Positions 1 through 6,648 of a stretch of 32,152 bases of DNA are shown one piece after another. The position numbers were made by a program, and so were the translations under genes. The notes under the pieces were generated by a model, which did not search any database, was not told where the DNA came from, and saw only the letters and a list, made by a program, of their open reading frames with translations. Every line of letters begins with the position of its first letter. Within the stretch, counting starts at the first letter, position 1. Where the stretch lies: the NCBI GenBank assembly GCA_964649415.1, contig CAZYSK010000067.1, positions 191 through 32,342 of the forward strand, read 5' to 3'. The stretch comes from an uncultured Anaerolineales bacterium. GTDB lineage: Bacteria; Chloroflexota; Anaerolineae; B4-G1.

Positions 1-113
1 GCGGTCAGACGGAGGATGGAGCGCCATCGGACGTACGAACAGACGCCCCACCAACCTACGAACCTAGCGATCTACCGAATTCCGATCAAGCGGATCGTCC
101 CAATCCGAGGGTT

Positions 114-1061
114 GTGATGTGCGTAGATGACGATGAAGGAGTGATCGGTCTCTTCCGCCGTTACCTGAGCAGACAGGGCTATCGGGTTGCCAGCCTGACG
201 GACAGCGCAGCGGTGGTGCAGACCGCCCGGCGGCTTCAGCCGTTTGCCATCACCCTGGATGTCGTTATGCCCGGCAAGGACGGCTGGCAGATCATTCAGG
301 AACTGAAGGCCGACACGGCGACACGGCATATCCCGGTCATTGTGTGTACGATCGTAGGTGACAAGAAAGAGCGTGGCCTCAGCCTGGGTGCCGCCGGCTA
401 CCTGATCAAACCGATCCTCGAAGACGACCTGATAGATGCCTTGGAACGTCTAGACCAGGCGGATGCCCGGCATGAAGCGTCAGTGGAAGCGGCCGCTGAG
501 CTTCCCTCAACGGTGGGAAGAAATCGTCTGGAAGAAGAAGCGTGCCGGGTGCTGATCATCGACGACCATGCAGACGACCGAAAGCTCCTACGCCGAATGA
601 TCGAGGGGCAGGATGGTACGGACGTGGAACGGCAGCGTCGATATGAGGTTATGGAAGCCGCCGGAGGCGAAGAGGCCATCACCCTGATTCAGGAGGCCCG
701 TCCCACCATCATCATTCTAGACCTCATGTTGCGGGACATGGATGGCTTCGCTGTCCTGGAATCCATCAAGGGGGATGAAGCCACTCGCTCCATTCCCATA
801 ATCATCGTGACTGCCAAGGACCTGACGCCGGAGGAACAGGACACCCTGCATCGAGGCGCAGAGTCTCTGTTGCAGAAAGGGCTCTTCAAACGGCAGGATC
901 TGTTGGCAGACGTGGCTGCGGCTCTTGAGCGGATGCAGACGTCGACATCTGGCGTCGGGCGTCAGCGGAAGGGCCTTGATCATTCGGACGTTGATCCCGA
1001 CCGTCTGCCCGACCGTCCGCGGTCGACGTCGGCTGCGTCCGAGGCAGAAGACGGAGTCTAG
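114..1061 (+). CDS. Response regulator with two tandem CheY-like receiver (REC) domains. The last ~25 aa are encoded by a family-2 GC-rich repeat. The start may be the ATG at 117, which has a GAGGG RBS.
   Basis: The 315-aa ORF has two REC signatures: VDDDEG...LDVVMPGKDGW...KP, and LIIDDHADD...ILDLMLRDMDGF...IIIVTAKDL. The acidic pocket, phospho-acceptor Asp, conserved Thr and Lys are present in both domains. The ORF ends 5 nt before the next gene. Confidence 0.8.
   Translation: MMCVDDDEGVIGLFRRYLSRQGYRVASLTDSAAVVQTARRLQPFAITLDVVMPGKDGWQIIQELKADTATRHIPVIVCTIVGDKKERGLSLGAAGYLIKPILEDDLIDALERLDQADARHEASVEAAAELPSTVGRNRLEEEACRVLIIDDHADDRKLLRRMIEGQDGTDVERQRRYEVMEAAGGEEAITLIQEARPTIIILDLMLRDMDGFAVLESIKGDEATRSIPIIIVTAKDLTPEEQDTLHRGAESLLQKGLFKRQDLLADVAAALERMQTSTSGVGRQRKGLDHSDVDPDRLPDRPRSTSAASEAEDGV
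987..1041. repeat. Family-2 GC-rich dispersed repeat (GACGTTGATCCCGACCGTCTGCCCGACCGTCCGCGGTCGACGTCGGCTGCGTCCG) forming the C-terminal tail of the tandem-REC gene
   Basis: Related copies at 4055..4127 and 9538..9620 are in the same orientation. The element contains the palindromic CCGCGG / GTCCGCGGTC core. Confidence 0.5.
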
Positions 1062-1066
1062 GAGAA

Positions 1067-2788
1067 ATGAACGAATCTACTGAACAAGAGCGATTCAGAC
1101 ACCAAGTCTGGTTGGAGTGCAAAGCGTGTGGCCATCGAGTCCCATTCACCCATCCCGTGAAGGTGTGTGAGCAATGCGGAGGGGCCTGGATAGACGCCCG
1201 CTACGACTACGAAGCCGTACGGAAACTATGGCCCGCTGCCCTACGCGACCGCCCTTTCGACATGTGGCGGTATCGAGAGCTACTCCCGGTTCGTGACCAC
1301 GCGCACAAGGTGACTATGGGCGAAGGCGGGACCCCCCTGCTCCAGGCAGCCAACCTGGGAATGATGCTGGGCTGTCCGCACATTTACTTCAAAGACGAAC
1401 GCCAGGGACCGACGGGCTCCTTCAAAGACCGACAGGCCGCGCTGGCCATCTCGGTGATGAAGGAGCACGGCGTGATGGAGGCGGTGGTGGCATCTACAGG
1501 CAACGTCGCCATCTCATACTCGGCCTACTCTGCACTGGCCGGCATCAAGATGTGGGCGTTTCTCACCAGCCTGGTGCCCTCGGAGAAGATGCGCGAGGTG
1601 GCTCTCTACGGCAGCGAAGTGGTCAAAGTGACATCCACCTACGACGAGACCAAGAAGGTCGCAGCGGAGTTCGCGGCGCGCAAGGGGCTGTTCCTCGACC
1701 GGGGCATCCGGGGCATCTCGGCCCGAGAGGCCATGAAGACGGTCGCTTTCGAGACAGCTGAACAACTGCCCGCGCTCCTGGGCCTCAGGCCAAGCCATGG
1801 CGACACGCCCTGGCGCACACCGGACTGGTACATCCAGGCAGTGAGTGGAGGAATGGGGCCGGTAGGCGTGTGGAAAGCGTACGAGGAGTTGATGACGCTG
1901 GGCCTGGTCGACCGAATGCCGAGACTGGCGTGCATTCAGGCGGCGGGCTGCGCGCCGATGGTCCACTCATTCCAGAAAGGGCTGGACGAGGCGGAGACGG
2001 TGACCAACCCTCAGACACTGGTCATCACCATCGCCACCGGGAGCCCTGGCCCGGCCTATTCCTACCTGGCCCACGTTATCCGGGAGCATGGCGGCGCTTT
2101 CGAGGCAGTCACCGACGATGAGACGTTCCGTGCCATGCACGTGATGGCCAAGCTAGACGGCATATCAATGGAACCAGCGGCGGCGACAGCTTTCGCCGGG
2201 TTGTTCAAGCTGCTCAACAAGGGCGTCATCGGGCGCGATGAAGTCATCGTTGTCAACTGCTCGGGTCACACGTTCCCGGTCGAGAAGCACCTCCTGGGAA
2301 ACGAATGGGCGCGCACGGTGGAGTTGCCTGCGGAGAAGCCAACCGTCCAGGAAGGAGCCGCTTTGCTTCCCTTTGCAACAGAAGGGCTGCTCGGGACGCT
2401 GGGGCAACTGAACGGGCGGGTCCGGTCAATCGCCATCATCGAGGACGACTCACAAGCCCGGCTGCTGCTGCGGCGCATTCTACAGACGCGCGGCGAATAC
2501 CAGATCTTCGAGGCTCCCGATGGCGCTGCGGGGCTCGAGATGGTGCGCGCCCAACGGCCTGACGTCATCCTGTTGGACCTGATGATGCCAGGCATGGACG
2601 GCTTTGAGGTGTTGGACGCGCTCAAGGATGACGAGCAGGTAAGCGACGTGCCAGTGATCGTCATCACGGCCAAGGAGTTGACTGCGACGGAGCGAGATCG
2701 GCTCAGCAAGCAGACCGAGAAGTTGCTGGAGAAAGGCTCCTTCACCGACGAGGACCTGCTGGAAGAGATTCTGAAGCGGGCATCGTGA
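1067..2788 (+). CDS. Threonine-synthase-like PLP-dependent enzyme (fold type II) with an N-terminal Cys4 zinc-ribbon, fused to a C-terminal REC receiver domain
   Basis: The N-terminus has CKACGH...CEQCGG. The PLP-lysine motif PTGSFKDRQAA matches the ThrC / Trp-synthase-beta superfamily, and there is a glycine-rich SGGMGPVG loop. A ~130-aa linker follows, then a canonical REC domain (IAIIEDD...LLDLMMPGMDGF...VIVITAKEL). Confidence 0.75.
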   Translation: MNESTEQERFRHQVWLECKACGHRVPFTHPVKVCEQCGGAWIDARYDYEAVRKLWPAALRDRPFDMWRYRELLPVRDHAHKVTMGEGGTPLLQAANLGMMLGCPHIYFKDERQGPTGSFKDRQAALAISVMKEHGVMEAVVASTGNVAISYSAYSALAGIKMWAFLTSLVPSEKMREVALYGSEVVKVTSTYDETKKVAAEFAARKGLFLDRGIRGISAREAMKTVAFETAEQLPALLGLRPSHGDTPWRTPDWYIQAVSGGMGPVGVWKAYEELMTLGLVDRMPRLACIQAAGCAPMVHSFQKGLDEAETVTNPQTLVITIATGSPGPAYSYLAHVIREHGGAFEAVTDDETFRAMHVMAKLDGISMEPAAATAFAGLFKLLNKGVIGRDEVIVVNCSGHTFPVEKHLLGNEWARTVELPAEKPTVQEGAALLPFATEGLLGTLGQLNGRVRSIAIIEDDSQARLLLRRILQTRGEYQIFEAPDGAAGLEMVRAQRPDVILLDLMMPGMDGFEVLDALKDDEQVSDVPVIVITAKELTATERDRLSKQTEKLLEKGSFTDEDLLEEILKRAS

Positions 2789-2825
2789 CGGCACTCCGGC
2801 GGAGACCTGACGGGGCGAACAAAAA

Positions 2826-2976
2826 GCATGGAGCGCCATCGGAATGGCGCCTTCAAATGGAGCATGGAGCGCCATCGGAATGGCGCCTTCAAATGGAGCA
2901 TGGAGCGCCATCGGAATGGCGCCTTCAAATGGAGTATGGAGCGCCATCGGAATGGCGCCTTCAGATAGAGCATGGA
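2826..2976. repeat. Family-1 hairpin repeat: four tandem copies of a 36-bp unit (ATGGAGCGCCATCGGAATGGCGCCTTCAAATGGAGC) containing the perfect palindrome GCGCCATcggaATGGCGC
   Basis: Four directly abutting units fill the intergenic space between the ThrC-REC gene and the hybrid HK gene. A partial copy is also present at 15..32 of the window. Confidence 0.85.
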
Positions 2977-4447
2977 TCAAGCAATCAAAGTACTATACGT
3001 GGAAGACGATCCGGCAAGTGTGACGTTGGTGCGTCGCGTGCTCGAGAATGAAGGTTACCAGATTGTCGCCGCCCCTGATGGCCTTTCGGGCATCGAGGCA
3101 GCCAGGCAGGAACTGCCGGACCTGATCCTGATGGATATCGACGTCGGAGGACTGGACGGCTACGAGGTGAGCACCAGGCTACGGAGCATCGAGGAACTGA
3201 AGAAGGTACCCATCGTGGCCGTCACTGCCGCACGCATGCGCGGCGACCGAGAACGAGCGCTCATAGCCGGTTGCACTGGCTACATCCCCAAGCCCATCGA
3301 CGTAGATACATTCTCGGAGCAAGTGCGTTCTTTCCTCCGGGGGACCAAGGAGGATGTTGAGTCGGCGGAGGAGAAAGCGGGGTACCTGGTCGAGTACAGC
3401 CATAGGCTGGTGGACCGATTGGAAAAGAAACTGCGCGAGCTGGAGAAGGCTCATGCGGATCTCCAGCGCTTGGATAAGATGAAGACGGACTTCATCATCC
3501 TGTCCAGTCACGAACTTCGCACCCCTCTCACCGCCATTTATGGCTACGCCCAGATTCTCCGATCCAACCCCGCCATCCCCGGCTCCGCCGATGATGCTGG
3601 CAGTCCACGCTGCATCGTAGAGAGGATGGCGGAAGCGACGTGGCGCTTGAACCAGGTGATAGGCGATATCCTCAACGTCGCGCTGCTTGACGCCCGGGAA
3701 CTGGACCTGGCGACAGAGCCGGTCTTCCTGGACTCTCTGATACACAAGGCCGTGCGGAGCATCAGCGACTCAGCGCCTGATCGGCAACTGACCTTCGATC
3801 TCGGAGGGCTAGATAACCTCCCGCGGGTGACAGGGGACTCGAAACGCCTGTACCAGGCACTGTGGAACGTGATCAGCAACGCGGTGAAGTACACGCCCGA
3901 CGGAGGGCGTATCCGTATCACAGGAGATCAGATCGAGGATACGGCGCACGTGGCTGTCCAAGACAATAGGGGGCAGGATACAGGAGTACCACGGATAGGA
4001 GAAATACACGATGGGAGAGGCGGAGGGCAGGAGGCAGGAGGCAGGGAGACGGCAGACATTAACCCCGACCGTCTGCCCCCGACTGTCCGCGGTCGGCACC
4101 GTCCGCGGTCGACGCCGGCTGCGTCCGTGCACGTGGTCGTCCAGGACAGTGGAGTAGGAATTCCTCCAGAGGATCAGGAACGCATCTTTGATCGCTTCTA
4201 CGTGCTGGAGAACACGGATCTCCACTGCTCCAGCAAGACGGCGTTCAAGGGGGGCGGGTTGGGCGTTGGGCTCACCGTAGCACGGGGCATCATCAGAGCG
4301 CACGGGGGCAGAATCTGGGCAGAAAGCGAAGGGTACGACGAAGAGCGGCTGCCGGGCAGTACCTTCCACATCCTCCTGCCGCAGAGACAGGAAGAAGCGG
4401 GAGGCAAGAGGCAAGAGGGGTCGCCGGACATGCTGACAGATTGGTGA
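2972..4447 (+). CDS. Hybrid sensor histidine kinase: N-terminal REC, then HisKA (H-box SHELRTPLTAI) and HATPase_c, with a 61-codon in-frame repeat insertion before the G1 box
   Basis: The REC domain reads VLYVEDDP...LMDIDVGGLDGY...KP. The H-box is FIILSSHELRTPLT. The N-box-like segment is VISNAVKYTPDGGRIRI. The G1 box DSGVGIP and G2 box GGGLGVGL are present. The ORF is continuous across the insertion. Confidence 0.8.
   Translation: MDQAIKVLYVEDDPASVTLVRRVLENEGYQIVAAPDGLSGIEAARQELPDLILMDIDVGGLDGYEVSTRLRSIEELKKVPIVAVTAARMRGDRERALIAGCTGYIPKPIDVDTFSEQVRSFLRGTKEDVESAEEKAGYLVEYSHRLVDRLEKKLRELEKAHADLQRLDKMKTDFIILSSHELRTPLTAIYGYAQILRSNPAIPGSADDAGSPRCIVERMAEATWRLNQVIGDILNVALLDARELDLATEPVFLDSLIHKAVRSISDSAPDRQLTFDLGGLDNLPRVTGDSKRLYQALWNVISNAVKYTPDGGRIRITGDQIEDTAHVAVQDNRGQDTGVPRIGEIHDGRGGGQEAGGRETADINPDRLPPTVRGRHRPRSTPAASVHVVVQDSGVGIPPEDQERIFDRFYVLENTDLHCSSKTAFKGGGLGVGLTVARGIIRAHGGRIWAESEGYDEERLPGSTFHILLPQRQEEAGGKRQEGSPDMLTDW
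3965..4129. repeat. In-frame 183-bp composite insertion (purine-rich GGCAGGAGG repeats plus a family-2 GC-rich repeat), flanked by an 18-bp imperfect direct repeat at 3947..3964 and 4130..4147
   Basis: CACGTGGCTGTCCAAGAC and CACGTGGTCGTCCAGGAC match at 15 of 18 positions and flank the element. At protein level HVAVQD is duplicated as HVVVQD. Removing the insertion restores a canonical ..TAHVAVQDSGVGIP G1-box context. Confidence 0.55.
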
Positions 4448-4513
4448 GCCGGCGGGCCTTAGCGTAAACCGACGGTCCGGATCGTTCCAATCCGTGGATA
4501 TCCCGCGGCAGGC

Positions 4514-5431
4514 CTAACCGTGCTTCCACTCCAGGGGCTCGTTGCCCTGCGCCAGGTGCATACCCGGATCGCGCATCATCAATACCATGCCAACGACCAA
4601 CAGCGCGCCGCCGATCCATTGCACCGGCGACAGACGTTCACCCAGCAGCAGAAAGGCAAGCGCCAGGCTGATTAGCAGTTCGAGCAGGCCGAACAAAGCT
4701 GTCTCCACGCCTCCCACCCGCTGCAATCCACTGAACATCGCCAGCCGCGACAGGGCAGTCGTCAGTCCTAGCGCCAATATAGCGGATAGACCGGAAGGTG
4801 TGACGGGCTCCACCGGCTGTCCCTCCAACACCCGTGCCAGACCCACCACACCCGCCATGGCGGTCAGTATGTACAGCGTAGCGGTACGGGATGGCACATC
4901 GGCCAACACCCACTGCCCCAACACCAGATGCCAACCGTAGATAGCCGCCGACGCGACCATCATAGTCACTCCCAGCCAGTCCAACTTGCCCGTCCCTGAG
5001 CGCGTCAACAGAAAGACTCCCAGCATCGAAAGCGCCAGGCGAGCCAACGTGAGCATCGTCAGTGGCTGCCCAGATGCAAAGAGGAATAACACGACCCACA
5101 GCGGATAGAGCGTGTTGAGCAACGCGGCGAGGGAAGCGTCGAGACGCGAGAGGCTGGTGTAGTAAAACAGGGAGCCCAAACCATTGACTGCCCCCACACT
5201 GATGCACCCAAGCAGCCCACGCCAGGAGATGACAATCTCTCGACGCCACAAGAGCGCGAAGGCCAGCCAGATCAGAACGGCTGCGACAGCCGTCCGAAGT
5301 GCGGCGAGGGTGAAGGGCGTGACCCCGCTCCGATAAGCGAACTTGCCCAGAATGGGCGCCCAGCCAAGAAAGAAACTGGCCATACACGTGCTCACGATCC
5401 CATGACGCTGCTCGCGGCTCAAATGGTCCAT
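4514..5431 (-). CDS. DMT-superfamily (EamA-like) 10-TM transporter. The likely start is MDHLS at 5431 with a GGGAG RBS. The ORF extends to 5497.
   Basis: The ORF has about 10 hydrophobic helices in two repeated halves (EamA-like). The amino-acid composition is typical of drug/metabolite transporters. Confidence 0.7.
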   Translation of the reverse strand: MDHLSREQRHGIVSTCMASFFLGWAPILGKFAYRSGVTPFTLAALRTAVAAVLIWLAFALLWRREIVISWRGLLGCISVGAVNGLGSLFYYTSLSRLDASLAALLNTLYPLWVVLFLFASGQPLTMLTLARLALSMLGVFLLTRSGTGKLDWLGVTMMVASAAIYGWHLVLGQWVLADVPSRTATLYILTAMAGVVGLARVLEGQPVEPVTPSGLSAILALGLTTALSRLAMFSGLQRVGGVETALFGLLELLISLALAFLLLGERLSPVQWIGGALLVVGMVLMMRDPGMHLAQGNEPLEWKHG

Positions 5432-5487
5432 CTCACTCCCATCGGTTCCAGGCGGGCGCGGGGACCGCGCCCCTACGCGGTGGCTTG

Positions 5488-5645
5488 TGGACGCCATCAG
5501 AATGGCCTTCTTGGGTTGATCGGGGCCATCAGAATGGCCTTCTTGGGTTGATCGGGGCCATCAGAATGGCCTTCTTGGGTTGACTAGGGCCATCAGAATG
5601 GCGTCCTTGAACAGGACTGGTGCGCCACCGGAATGGCGCCATCCT
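5488..5645. repeat. Family-1 hairpin repeat array: three and a half tandem copies of a 32-bp unit (GGCCATCAGAATGGCCTTCTTGGGTTGATCGG) followed by a GCGCCACCGGAATGGCGCC variant
   Basis: The units are directly abutting and the GGCCATcagaATGGCC palindrome is visible. The array lies in the divergent intergenic region between the transporter and the 5684 ORF. Confidence 0.85.
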
Positions 5646-5683
5646 ATTGCGCGATGACGGCGTTTGTGATACACTCGCGCTTG

Positions 5684-6373
5684 ATGACTCAGAGACAAAG
5701 ACATACGATTGCCGCGCTGGCGATCGCCAACATCGTCATTATTCTCGCCTTGTCAGTGCTCGTGGCACCGTCTACCGGTGGGCGCAGTGACCGTGCCCAT
5801 TCCATCGTGAAGGGAAGCGATGCGGCCCATTCCACTATGGAGGGAAGCGAAGCGGCTCCTACCACTGTGAAGGGAAGCGAAGCGGCCCCCGGCCACGAAG
5901 ACCACGCCCCTGTTGAGCTGGTGTGCCAATGGAAAGCCACGCAGTTGCTCGCTCAAGCCGGCCTGGGCGGCAAACTGACCCTGGCTCCTGATGGACCGCT
6001 CCAGGTCGAGATCACCACAGACCTGACAGGGCAGATGCCACGGACGCATGCACCCGGTGGAGAACCTGTCAGGTCCGTTGACGAGGCCGCCCATTCCACC
6101 ATAGAGGGAAGCGAAGCGGCCCAATACGTATGGACAGCCTTCGACATCGCACTGGCCTTGCTGGAACAGGAGAAGGAATGCGCCACATTCACACAGGTCG
6201 AAGTCAGGATTCTGGCGCACGGCCACACCACCACTACGCAGATCAGCGCGATCGTCAATACGGCTGACCTGTCATCTTTCAGCGCAGGTGAACTCAGCGA
6301 GGACGCGTTCATCGAGCGCGTGGAATACACAAGCACCGCGATAAGTGAGAACGGATTGTTCCGATCCGAGTAA
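5684..6373 (+). CDS. Hypothetical membrane-anchored protein whose central region is built from 30-bp family-1-like repeats (the ORF extends upstream to 5633)
   Basis: The N-terminus has a TM helix, IAALAIANIVIILALSVLV. Three or more tandem 30-bp units (GCGGCCCATTCCACTATGGAGGGAAGCGAA) encode the repeat AHSTMEGSEAA. The C-terminal ~90 aa look protein-like. The upstream ATG at 5633 lies inside the repeat array. Confidence 0.35.
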   Translation: MTQRQRHTIAALAIANIVIILALSVLVAPSTGGRSDRAHSIVKGSDAAHSTMEGSEAAPTTVKGSEAAPGHEDHAPVELVCQWKATQLLAQAGLGGKLTLAPDGPLQVEITTDLTGQMPRTHAPGGEPVRSVDEAAHSTIEGSEAAQYVWTAFDIALALLEQEKECATFTQVEVRILAHGHTTTTQISAIVNTADLSSFSAGELSEDAFIERVEYTSTAISENGLFRSE

Positions 6374-6399
6374 GAGTATAGCACACTCGTTCCATCGGC

Positions 6400-6625
6400 A
6401 CAAGAGGGCAGGAGGCAGGAAGCAGGAAGCAGGAGGCAAGGGACAGGGATGAAAGACAGCGCGCCATCGGAATGGCGCCGTCTGATAATGGATGGCGCGC
6501 CATCGGAATGACGCCGCCTGATGGGGGATAGTGCGCCATCGGAATGACGCCGCCTGATGGGGGATAGTGCGCCATCGGAATCGCGCCGTCTGATGATGGA
6601 TGGTGCGCCACTGGTCAGAATGGCA
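6400..6625. repeat. Purine-rich GGCAGGAGGCAGGAAGCAGGA tract followed by four tandem ~37-bp family-1 units (GCGCCATCGGAATG(A/G)CGCCGCCTGATGGGGGATAGT)
   Basis: The array is directly visible and lies immediately upstream of the GH-like gene. The units degenerate toward the 3' end. Confidence 0.85.
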
Positions 6626-6648
6626 AGTCCAAAAGGGGTAAAGACACG

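Noticed and set aside
2826-2976. Possible CRISPR array (regular 36-bp period)
   Set aside because: The units abut directly with no unique spacers, the unit itself is a perfect hairpin, and no cas genes are nearby. This is a REP/MITE-like tandem repeat, not a CRISPR.
2785-3051. 88-aa ORF translating to MEHGAPSEWRLQ repeats, and the overlapping minus-strand ORFs 2266..2973 and 2480..2980
   Set aside because: They are translations of the 36-bp intergenic tandem hairpin repeat. There is no RBS, they overlap real gene ends, and the periodicity equals the repeat unit.
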